From a virus (Duplodnaviria > Heunggongvirae > Uroviricota > Caudoviricetes), in the IMG/VR virus record IMGVR_UViG_3300031088_000793: a DNA stretch of 64,000 nt; one strand, written 5' to 3'. Numbering within the stretch: position 1 is the stretch's first letter; each line of letters begins with the position of its first letter. The notes beneath the pieces were generated by a model, which was not told the origin of the DNA, ran no database searches, and was given only the letters and a program-made list of their open reading frames with translations. The position numbers and the translations under genes were made by a program. Shown piece by piece: positions 28,221 through 36,440 of this stretch.

Positions 28221-29120
28221 TCAATCCCAGAGGAGGATCTTGTCCGTACCGCCCCGGACGATCCTTTTGCTTCCCTGTCCTACCCTGAGAGAGGTGCCCC
28301 AGAGCTCGAAGTTGAGCTCGACCTCGACCCCATCATCGGCTAGATCCTCTACTGCACAGCGCCAGGAGGGAATGCCTCTACGCTCGAGATCGTCGATCAG
28401 CTCACCGGACGGCTTCTTAGAGAAAACAGTCACGCTGGGCCGATTGTGACTGTCCTTGCGCGTGGAGACCGCCATCGAGCGGTAGCTGTCTGTCCAGCGC
28501 TCAGCGTCATCCCTCTCTGCGAGGGAGTAGCGGAAGCCCTCGACGGGGCCTGCGGGACTACCTTCGGCCAGGGACTTGAGCTGCTGGTCAGTAACGGGGA
28601 TGAGTGGGAAATGCTCAGAGATGAAAGCAAACTGATCCATGTTCACTCCGAAGATTCCGAGCATTCCTCCGTGGACAGCGATGGGACTGAAGGATGATCC
28701 AAGCTCACCCATGTAGTGATGGAAGATCGGCTCGATTTCAGGGGAGTCGGGAGCAGTAAGTCCCGCCCGGCGAAGCTCTCTGTAGTACCAGATATCCAGC
28801 ACCTTGTGATCCCGGAGGAGCTGGTACCTTCGAACTGACTCCTCCATGTACTTCAGGCTATTCCTATAGCTGAAACGGTCGTCGTGTCCTGTGCCGCTAG
28901 GGCTGAGCAGATTCTTGCTGAAGTAGGGCTCGCCGTAGATGCTATCCTCAGTTACGAGCCTGAAGCCCTGTGCGAAGGAGAACTCTCTAGCACGGGGATT
29001 TCTAAGGAGTGATCTCAGCTCGTGGAGGGGCTCATCCACCGCGCGGAGGGCAGTAGAGTAGGAGACGCTGTGGCGCTCCATGAAGCTGCGAGCCTGCTGC
29101 TTGAGAGTGTTCTGGACCAT
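28221..29120 (-). CDS. RNA-leader-associated paralog D
   Basis: Same motifs. Confidence 0.85.
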   Translation of the reverse strand: MVQNTLKQQARSFMERHSVSYSTALRAVDEPLHELRSLLRNPRAREFSFAQGFRLVTEDSIYGEPYFSKNLLSPSGTGHDDRFSYRNSLKYMEESVRRYQLLRDHKVLDIWYYRELRRAGLTAPDSPEIEPIFHHYMGELGSSFSPIAVHGGMLGIFGVNMDQFAFISEHFPLIPVTDQQLKSLAEGSPAGPVEGFRYSLAERDDAERWTDSYRSMAVSTRKDSHNRPSVTVFSKKPSGELIDDLERRGIPSWRCAVEDLADDGVEVELNFELWGTSLRVGQGSKRIVRGGTDKILLWD

Positions 29121-29293
29121 GGGCTGAGCCGTTCCGTGGATCTGCTGAACCTGCGCTTGGCCGATCCACTGAGTGCTGAGCCTGGAAGGCAGAATGAGCA
29201 GTGCTAGTGGATGACGGCCGCCTACCTAGTAGGTCTCTGGATCGATCAGCCTCGCGCAGGGAGTCTGAACCAGGAGCCTAGACCGCAGGCTCA
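29121..29293 (-). ncRNA. conserved structured RNA leader, copy D
   Basis: Same fold; -10 TAGGAT at 29299-29304. Confidence 0.75.
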
Positions 29294-29359
29294 AGGTGAT
29301 CCTATCACAGATTCCCCGTGTTCGCACTGAGCGCAGCCCCAAGGCCATAGCGCTGAGCG

Positions 29360-29423
29360 GCGATCTAAGCGTCGAGCGCCCCGGCACCGTGTCATCGCTG
29401 CGGAGACAGTGCCGGGGCGCTCA
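29360..29423. repeat. dispersed intergenic hairpin element, copy 2
   Basis: GCGATCTAAGC..CCCCGGCACCGTGTCATCG..CCGGGGCGCTCA shared with 22197-22260. Confidence 0.7.
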
Positions 29424-29460
29424 GCACAGGAGCTAGAGGCTCTCCGGTGCGAATCTCAGC

Positions 29461-30888
29461 CTACCTACCGTAGCTGAAGTGCCGAGCGATCTCCGTGGCC
29501 GAGAGCGCGGTGGGGTAGAGAGTGGTGTTGTCTAGGCTGCCAGCGAAGTAGTTCGAGGTCGGCGAGCCTGCCCAGCTGTTGCCGATGCTGTCGTAGCCCA
29601 CTCGCCAGTAGCCGTTGGAGGAGTTCTGCCCCGTGGTCATGGAGCCGTTGGCCGCCACAGCAACGCCGTCCACATAGAGCGTAGTGCCTCCCGTGGAGGA
29701 CATGGAGACCGTAGCGAGGTGCCACTGACCATCGTTGTAGCTCTGAGGGGAGCTCAGAGTCACGGGAGTGTTGAAGAGCCCTAGGAAGCCGGGCTGCATC
29801 AGTCCGAAGGTCAGGGTGCCAGCATCTGTCATGTAGAGATGGCGGTCGTAGGTCGTGGATGCTCCCGACTGCGAGTTGCCGTAGCCGATGAGCTTACCGC
29901 CTCGAGTGGTGGTGGTCTTGAACCAGGTCTCCACCGAGAAGGTGTTGGGAGCAGCACCCGAGAACCGGCCACCGGAGATCTGTCCTGAGCTTCCGTTGAG
30001 GGTCACGAAGGGATTGTCAGCCTCGGTGGAGCGAGTGACTCCCGAGCTCAGCGTGCCGTTCTGAGCGGTGCCCACATCGTCGAGCGCGAGGGTGCCGCTC
30101 TCCGAGTAGCCCCAGTGGAAGGTAGCGAAGTCCCAGGGCTTGGGGAAGCTCGTCGAAGCACCGAAGGCAGAGCTGCTAGCCGTGGTGCTTGAGAAAGCAG
30201 CACTTGCAGAGCCACCGATGAGGTAGACAGCTGTCACAGCTGTGATCAGCACTGCTGTGAGGGGCATGAGCGAGCCAGTGAGCTTAGGATTCCGCGCTCG
30301 GAAGTTCATGCCGTTGCTGTGGCGAGGGCCCCTAGCATCCCGATCCCTCCGCCTGAGGTCTCCATCGAGACCGGCGAGGTAGGAGGCGGCTGCGAGGGCT
30401 CCGAGGAAGATGCCCAGGGGAACCCAGTTGCCCCGGTGGAGCCAGTTGATGGGAACCCCCACGGAGGGCACCCGGACGAAGCCCACGCCCACCACAGCGC
30501 TGGGCTCTACGAGCATGGGGTCGGGCTCAGGGTTAGCATCGCCCTGGGTCTGAAGCCCATCCTCGCTCTGGTCGATGATCCGGTGGAGCTTCAGCCTGTC
30601 GGCCACAGCGGGGTCATCGAAGAGCACGACCTGCCCAGTCCTGAGCTCGCTCTCGGCCACGGGGAGGCTTGCCACCACATCGCCCGTGCGGATCCCCGGC
30701 TCCATGGAACCCGAAGCAACGGTGGTCACGGGGAGCCCGAAGAGTAGGGGTACCAGGGACCAGAGCACGAGGCTTCCAGTGGCGAAGAGCACGATCTTGC
30801 CGATGCTCGCCAGGACGAGCAACAGCCAGTCCCTTCGAGTGGAGGCATCCTGCTGGAGGGCCTGCGAGGACTTCGCGGTGGCTTCCAT
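29461..30888 (-). CDS. SipW-type (S26) signal peptidase fused to a LamG/ConA-like domain
   Basis: SGSMEP..GD, HRI, TQGDAN..D; internal ASAAFSST motif; FSVETWFKT, YNDGQWH, LYVDG. Confidence 0.85.
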   Translation of the reverse strand: MEATAKSSQALQQDASTRRDWLLLVLASIGKIVLFATGSLVLWSLVPLLFGLPVTTVASGSMEPGIRTGDVVASLPVAESELRTGQVVLFDDPAVADRLKLHRIIDQSEDGLQTQGDANPEPDPMLVEPSAVVGVGFVRVPSVGVPINWLHRGNWVPLGIFLGALAAASYLAGLDGDLRRRDRDARGPRHSNGMNFRARNPKLTGSLMPLTAVLITAVTAVYLIGGSASAAFSSTTASSSAFGASTSFPKPWDFATFHWGYSESGTLALDDVGTAQNGTLSSGVTRSTEADNPFVTLNGSSGQISGGRFSGAAPNTFSVETWFKTTTTRGGKLIGYGNSQSGASTTYDRHLYMTDAGTLTFGLMQPGFLGLFNTPVTLSSPQSYNDGQWHLATVSMSSTGGTTLYVDGVAVAANGSMTTGQNSSNGYWRVGYDSIGNSWAGSPTSNYFAGSLDNTTLYPTALSATEIARHFSYGR

Positions 30889-30959
30889 GGGATGACTCCT
30901 TTCGAGGGAACTGGCTGCTACTTACTGTGGATTTTTCGGAGGGCGGTGGAGCTCAGCGC

Positions 30960-31580
30960 CTAGGGGGCGGTGGTGCCGGACTGCAGCTCCCAGTTGAAGT
31001 TGATGTTCGAGGTGCCGCCCTGGACGGTGTTGGGGGCGGAGTCCTTGACCTTGTAGGAGATCTGGTAGGTCCGGCTGTCGGTCTTCACGCTGTTCCAGCT
31101 GCCGGCCGAGGAGTTGGCGTAGTTGGTGCGGCCGGTGGCGAAGGCGGCCAGGGTGCCCGAGTAGACATCGGTGGCCTTGACGAAGCCGGTGCAGTCGCCG
31201 AAGGATCCGCCGTTGCCCAGAGCGACCGTGAGGTCGATGTTGTCGGAGAGTGCCTTGGTGGTGGTGTGGGCGGCGCTATACATGCGGACCTGGCCGTCGA
31301 GGTCGGCGGTCGAGGTCACCTTGATGCACTTGCTGCCGGTGTCGCCGGGCTTGAGGCCGGTCGCGCTGAAGGCGGCGAGGTTGGTGTCGTCGTCCGTGAG
31401 GGTCACGGCGCCGGCCTTCCAGTTGTTGCCAGCGTTCTCCGTGGTGGAGGAGAAGGCAGCGTAGGAGGACTGGCCGATGGCCGCTCCGGAGCCGGCGAGG
31501 ACGGCGAGGCCCAGAGCCCAGGGAGCGAGGCGAGCTGCTCGAGTGGCCTTCGTACGGCGTGAGTTGACGGATCTTGACAT
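30960..31580 (-). CDS. SipW-dependent TasA-like secreted protein
   Basis: Signal peptide ending SYAAFSSTT.N.GN.W.AG.V.L, then LKPGDT; adjacent to SipW. Confidence 0.75.
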   Translation of the reverse strand: MSRSVNSRRTKATRAARLAPWALGLAVLAGSGAAIGQSSYAAFSSTTENAGNNWKAGAVTLTDDDTNLAAFSATGLKPGDTGSKCIKVTSTADLDGQVRMYSAAHTTTKALSDNIDLTVALGNGGSFGDCTGFVKATDVYSGTLAAFATGRTNYANSSAGSWNSVKTDSRTYQISYKVKDSAPNTVQGGTSNINFNWELQSGTTAP

Positions 31581-31914
31581 AGCTGTAGCCCTCCAGGCTG
31601 GATTGGTGATTGCTTCCGCCCGGCTAACCGTCAACCCCGAAGGAGACAGTGCTGTGGCACAGAAGGGAGTGGTTCGTTCCACTCAGAGATAGGCACAGGA
31701 CTTTCCTGGTTGAGCGGAAAGGTGCCTACTCATACAGTACACTCAAAGCTACTTCGATGCAACTGTATGGATCAAAAAGTTGAGAAAAGTTCTAACATTG
31801 CGCGCTGTGCAGATCTTCAGAGCTACTAGGATCGAGAAATAGTGCCGCCCATAGGGAAAGCCGCTCCGAGGTCAATGACCCAGAGCGGCTCTCTGTGCTG
31901 AAGCGCGGGTGGAG

Positions 31915-32283
31915 CTACTGCTTCGTAGCGCCGTCCCAGTTGCAGTCGGGCTGGACGGCGCTACCCGTGTAGCGAGAGGCCACGCAGATGACCTCGCGGC
32001 CATCCTCCATGGCGACCCGGTAGCTCTTGAGCGTGCTGTCGGCCTGGCTGCTGCCGGCATCTGCCTCCCGGATGGAGGCCCAGTCGCAGTCGGGGTCCAC
32101 GACGCTGCCGCTGTAGGTGGAGCCGACGCAGTCCACGACCTTGTTCCCGGGGAGGTCGACCGGATAGACCACCAGGGTCTCCGACTCGATGCCAGGACCA
32201 GCGTCGGGAGCCTGACCGACACAGCCCGAGAGCGTGGCGACGGCTGCCAGGGCGAGGGCCAGGGCGGGGAGGGTCTTCTTCAC
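31915..32283 (-). CDS. lipoprotein with tandem CV...PDC(D/N)W repeats
   Basis: Lipobox LSGC; two internal repeats. Confidence 0.8.
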   Translation of the reverse strand: MKKTLPALALALAAVATLSGCVGQAPDAGPGIESETLVVYPVDLPGNKVVDCVGSTYSGSVVDPDCDWASIREADAGSSQADSTLKSYRVAMEDGREVICVASRYTGSAVQPDCNWDGATKQ

Positions 32284-32512
32284 GGTGGAATCCAGTTCTG
32301 TGGGAGGGTTACTGCTCCAATGCTACATGGATTCGGGCTGTGCCACAACTGACCCAATCGCGCCAAATCTGACCCACTCGAGTTGGACTAACTTCGGGCC
32401 TGTGGCCTAGAGGTCGCAGCGCTCAGGCTGCGGCTAAGCACCGGAGTACCGGAGCGTGAGGTGTTGCTGCGCATCCTTGGAAGAGCGCAGCCTCGGGCCA
32501 GTAGGAGGGTTC

Positions 32513-33115
32513 CTACTGGCTAGGGACGGGCTCATCTGCAGCTGGAGTCATTGCCGGAGCCGGAGCTTCGCCGAACTCCTGGCTCACCGTGCCAGCTGGC
32601 ACATGGAGCTCGACCCGGTAGTCGGCCTCTCGACCGTCCGAGGTCACGCAGGGGTAATAGCTCAGGCCCAAGAGATCCCAGGAGCTCGCATCCTCATCGG
32701 CGGCCGGTTCGTCTTCCCACCCGTTCGAGACCTTAGGCTGCTGGCACTCAAGCACAACGAGCCGAGCATCATCCTTAGCGGCGTCATCGTAGATGTCCAC
32801 CACATAGGGTGAGCCGTAGGGAGCTTTGGTCCTATCTTCCGTAAGGCGGTTCAAGGCGCTGCTAACCAGATCCTCTCTGAGAGCCCCCTCATCGGTACGC
32901 TCAGCATAGCGGTAGTCCACCAGGGAGCCTCCCTCGATGTTGAGCCTGCTGCCCTGCAGATAGATACTCTGAGTACCGTCGAGGCCGACGATGCTCAGTG
33001 ACTCGAGCTCTACCCACCTGATCTTCGAGGGTTCCGGAGCCTTCGCGCAACCTCCGAGGAGGATTGCGACGGCGCCGAGTGCTGCTGTCAGTGCGAGCAT
33101 TCTGCGCTGAACCAT
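32513..33115 (-). CDS. putative lipoprotein
   Basis: Lipobox LGGC. Confidence 0.7.
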   Translation of the reverse strand: MVQRRMLALTAALGAVAILLGGCAKAPEPSKIRWVELESLSIVGLDGTQSIYLQGSRLNIEGGSLVDYRYAERTDEGALREDLVSSALNRLTEDRTKAPYGSPYVVDIYDDAAKDDARLVVLECQQPKVSNGWEDEPAADEDASSWDLLGLSYYPCVTSDGREADYRVELHVPAGTVSQEFGEAPAPAMTPAADEPVPSQ

Positions 33116-33152
33116 GGTCTATCCGCTCTCCGGGAGCTCTCTGCTCCCAGTC

Positions 33153-33350
33153 TCAGCTCTCGCTACTGTCGCCGTCGAGATCCTCTAGGGCTTCCCTTCG
33201 CCAGGACCGATCCTCCCGGGTCTTGACCTGCTTCTTAGCGGCCCTGCTGAGCTCGCTTCCAGCAGCAGTATGGCCGGCAAGGACCACATCGTGGTAGGGC
33301 TCGCGCTTCACGGCCATGCTTCTCATCATCTTGCGCTGATTGTTAGCCAT
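33153..33350 (-). CDS. small basic protein
   Basis: Operon context. Confidence 0.6.
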   Translation of the reverse strand: MANNQRKMMRSMAVKREPYHDVVLAGHTAAGSELSRAAKKQVKTREDRSWRREALEDLDGDSSES

Positions 33351-33352
33351 GG

Positions 33353-33745
33353 TCAGTCCCTGCCCCAGGGTCCATCATCTTGGCTCCAGTACCGCTCCTC
33401 AGCAGCCGCTTCCTCTTCTGCCTGGATCGCAGCGCTGAAGAGCCTGTGCTGCTCGATGAGGGCCTTCTTCTCGTCGAAGTCGAAGAGCTTAGCTCCGGCA
33501 GGGTACTCCTTCTCGACCACTACGAGACCGTTGCTGAGCCGGACCAGCCAGTCCCGGGGCTCCACGCTGATGTCGCCCTGATCCTGGTAGAAGATCACCG
33601 ACCAGCCGGGACCCCAGCCGTAGCCCTTGGTCTTGCCATCGAGCCCAGCAAGGAAGTAGATCGGCTCCGCGATGACTCCCTCGAGGCCGTTGCCCGAGGG
33701 GGCCCACTGCAGTGCTTCCACTGCCTTCAGTTCTTCTACGGCCAT
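33353..33745 (-). CDS. hypothetical protein
   Basis: Operon context. Confidence 0.7.
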   Translation of the reverse strand: MAVEELKAVEALQWAPSGNGLEGVIAEPIYFLAGLDGKTKGYGWGPGWSVIFYQDQGDISVEPRDWLVRLSNGLVVVEKEYPAGAKLFDFDEKKALIEQHRLFSAAIQAEEEAAAEERYWSQDDGPWGRD

Positions 33746-33749
33746 GATT

Positions 33750-34103
33750 TCAGCTCCAGGTAGCTAGGAGAGTGATCTCGTTGGAGTCACCCTCGATCTG
33801 TGAACGCCTGCCGTCCCGGTCGATGATAAACTGCTCGACTCGGAACTCTACATTCTTCGGCGTAGCTCGGAGGAGTTCCTCCAGAGCGTTCTTCGCGACC
33901 ACTGCGAGATTGACGCTCGCAGTGTGGGAGATGGTGGCCATCCAGCTAGACTCAAGCACAACCTCAAGTCCCCGAGCATCTGCCGGGACAGAGCCGAAGA
34001 TTTCGGCCTCGAGCAGAGCGTGATCGGGAATGGACTCGAGGAGCTCCTCGATGGTCCTACGGCTGATGATCCGGTTCAGGGGGAGCTTGAGCTGTGTTTC
34101 CAT
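33750..34103 (-). CDS. hypothetical protein, internal duplication; paralog of 42754..43128
   Basis: Shared L...P..A..EA.I, ASV.L, VE...DR and terminal A(T/S)W. Confidence 0.7.
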   Translation of the reverse strand: METQLKLPLNRIISRRTIEELLESIPDHALLEAEIFGSVPADARGLEVVLESSWMATISHTASVNLAVVAKNALEELLRATPKNVEFRVEQFIIDRDGRRSQIEGDSNEITLLATWS

Positions 34104-34179
34104 GGTCTCTTCCAATCCTCTTCGGTCCGCTGACGGCTGGCGAACCTCGATCTCATCTTTCCAACTTCTCGACAGCTTG

Positions 34180-35313
34180 TCAGTGATTGAGGTCCTGGAG
34201 CCGCCAGGTGGATTCGCTCAGAGCCTTGAGGAGCTCAGCCCGACGGCTCAACTCCTCCCTCTTCTCCTCAGAGTCGGTAGAGGTGAGCTCGGAGGACAGC
34301 TCTTCGATCCAGCCATCCACCTCGGCCATCCAGCCATCCTCTTCCTCGAGGTCGATGGCGGGCACGGTGAAGCCGAAGCTGCTCCCATCGCTATCCCCAT
34401 GCTCAGGGCTCTCGCCGGGTTCCGAGGGGACTACGCTCCAGCCTCCGGGCCTGGCTGCCTGACGAGCCACGAGGAGGTCCCCGTACTCGGGCTGAAGCCG
34501 AGCCTCGGCCCAGCGCTTAGTGGAGAGCCGACCGCCCTCGCTCTGGTCAGAGATGATGTCACCGAGATCACCGTAGCTGGCTACTCCGTACTCGAGCTCC
34601 ACGGCGATGTCCTCCATGGTGGCGCTTGCGGGAGCCACCGGGGCGTCGCAGCACGACTCGATGGTCTCTGCGATCTCCCCCATGCGCTCCTGGCTCAGAG
34701 CCTCCCAGGAGTCCTGGCTACCCTCGGGTCGAGCCACGAGGAGATCTCCCTGATCCTCTCGGAGCGCGGACTTGATCCAGGCGCCGCTGAGGACCTCTGA
34801 GCTCTCCAGGGGAAGGATGTGCTCGAGGTTACCCTCGCTGGCGAGGCCGTACTCTAGAGAGCCGGTGGAGATCGATTCCTCTCCGGGGCTCTGGGAGTCG
34901 ATGGTCTCGCCGATGAGCCGAAGGATGGTCTCCCGGCGCTTCTGCTCCCGGGCGCTGCGCTCCTCGGGGGACTCTGTGCTTGTTCTGCGAGCCTCGTCGC
35001 TGACTCCCTCGTCTGCGAGCTCGAGGATGGCCACTTCGGTGAGGATCCGAACGATTCGGATGAGGTCTGCCGACTTGAGCAGCTCTCTCCGGAGCACGGG
35101 GTCAGAGGCACTGATCATGCGCTCCTCGATGTCGCGGATCCAGCCGTCTCCCTCGTCGAGGATGCGGAACTCATCCCGGGAGTCCTTGAGGCTTTCGACC
35201 ATCGCCCTGAGAGTGCCTTCGATGGAGACATCTGCGAGATCCCCATCCAGAGTCAGAGTCTCTCTGAGCTCCTCATCGCTCAAGCTGAACTTGCTTCTCA
35301 GTACGGTGGCCAT
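34180..35313 (-). CDS. acidic protein with A-B-B-A internal repeats
   Basis: LEYG.AS.G.L...GDLLVAR twice; DGWI helix twice. Confidence 0.75.
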   Translation of the reverse strand: MATVLRSKFSLSDEELRETLTLDGDLADVSIEGTLRAMVESLKDSRDEFRILDEGDGWIRDIEERMISASDPVLRRELLKSADLIRIVRILTEVAILELADEGVSDEARRTSTESPEERSAREQKRRETILRLIGETIDSQSPGEESISTGSLEYGLASEGNLEHILPLESSEVLSGAWIKSALREDQGDLLVARPEGSQDSWEALSQERMGEIAETIESCCDAPVAPASATMEDIAVELEYGVASYGDLGDIISDQSEGGRLSTKRWAEARLQPEYGDLLVARQAARPGGWSVVPSEPGESPEHGDSDGSSFGFTVPAIDLEEEDGWMAEVDGWIEELSSELTSTDSEEKREELSRRAELLKALSESTWRLQDLNH

Positions 35314-35317
35314 GGTG

Positions 35318-35521
35318 CTACCTCGCTCTCTCTGCGAGCTCTAGGAGGTCCTTGAGGATCCGGGCCTTTTCCTGAGCCGCTCTACGGATGTCGGGAGTCC
35401 GAGCCCAGTGGGCATCTGACTCCAGGTTGTCGATCCACTCTCGGGCGTCTGCGTAGAGCGCAGTAATCCTTCGAGAGTCTCCGGATCGGTTCGATGCTGG
35501 CCAATCGTTGTCACAGGACAT
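35318..35521 (-). CDS. small hypothetical protein
   Basis: Start refined to MSCDND (AAGGAG RBS). Confidence 0.55.
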   Translation of the reverse strand: MSCDNDWPASNRSGDSRRITALYADAREWIDNLESDAHWARTPDIRRAAQEKARILKDLLELAERAR

Positions 35522-35634
35522 CGGTGGCTCCTTCTCCATGCTTTGGGGTCTGCTTCCACCTCTCGGCGAAGCTCTGGACAGAGCCATCCTAACGAGGATA
35601 GACTTCGGCTAAAGCTTTCCGCAGACCATAGAGA

Positions 35635-35670
35635 GACAGGCTCCGAGCCAAGGAGAGCTCGGAGCCTGTC
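35635..35670. terminator. hairpin downstream of the lipoprotein gene
   Basis: GACAGGCTCCGAGC...GCTCGGAGCCTGTC. Confidence 0.65.
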
Positions 35671-35732
35671 GGCCCATAGGACCGCTGTCTAGGTGGTGCT
35701 ATTGCTGAGCCGCCTAGATCCTACTGAGAGGA

Positions 35733-36440
35733 TTACTGAGCGGGAGCAGCGGTGATCTTGGCGATGCCGACCTTGAGGTCACCGGTGACTGCATCCGTGC
35801 CGAAGGTGTCGTTGAGCAGAGCTGCAGCGTCCTCCGAGATGTAGACGGTGGTACCCTCGAGCACTGCGTTGCCGTCAGCGTCGGTGGCGAGGGGGTTCAG
35901 GGTGGTGCCGTCGAGCCTGAAGAGCTCGATGTCCTGGCCGACTTCCTCACCGTTGACGGTCACGGTGCCGGTGAGCTTGGAGTTGCTACCGGGATCGATG
36001 ACGAAGTCGGTGAGCTCCACCACGGTGTCGCCGGCAGTGAGCGAGAGGCCGGAGCCGTCGTGCTCGATGCTACCCTGGACATAGGGGCGGTAGTCGAGGG
36101 CGGGGTCCCAGTACTTCACATCTCCACCGGTGATGGGGAAGGCGAGGGTGGTACCCTCGAGGGTTGCGCCGCCGATGACGCCGGGGGTAAGTCCGAGGCC
36201 GGTGATGGCGTCGAGGAAGCCCTGGTCGAGGGCGACCTGAGTGTCGACTCCGCCGAGGGCGTCGATGGTTGCGGTGGCCTCGGGGACGGCGTTGCTCGAT
36301 GCCGATGCGCTTGAGCTGCTCGAAGGAGACGAGCTGTTGCTGTCGGTGGTCTCACCGGCGGAGCATGCCGCCAGGGTGAAGACGAGTGCTCCGGTTGCTG
36401 CTGCACTGAGAGCGATCTTTCCGAATCTGCTGCTGTTCAT
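35733..36440 (-). CDS. actinobacterial-type lipoprotein (beta-rich, possibly HtaA-related)
   Basis: Lipobox LAAC, Ser-rich linker, FPITGG, H.GSGLSL, A.LLN.TF. Confidence 0.75.
   Translation of the reverse strand: MNSSRFGKIALSAAATGALVFTLAACSAGETTDSNSSSPSSSSSASASSNAVPEATATIDALGGVDTQVALDQGFLDAITGLGLTPGVIGGATLEGTTLAFPITGGDVKYWDPALDYRPYVQGSIEHDGSGLSLTAGDTVVELTDFVIDPGSNSKLTGTVTVNGEEVGQDIELFRLDGTTLNPLATDADGNAVLEGTTVYISEDAAALLNDTFGTDAVTGDLKVGIAKITAAPAQ

Noticed and set aside
25430-29293. Assignment of the leaders to cobalamin or c-di-AMP riboswitches, or HDV-like ribozymes
   Set aside because: I could not find the B12 box, ydaO consensus or HDV nested-pseudoknot core by eye; an Rfam search is needed.
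32350-32382. Direct repeat CTGACCCA(A/C)TCG twice
   Set aside because: Only two short copies; insufficient evidence for iterons or an operator.
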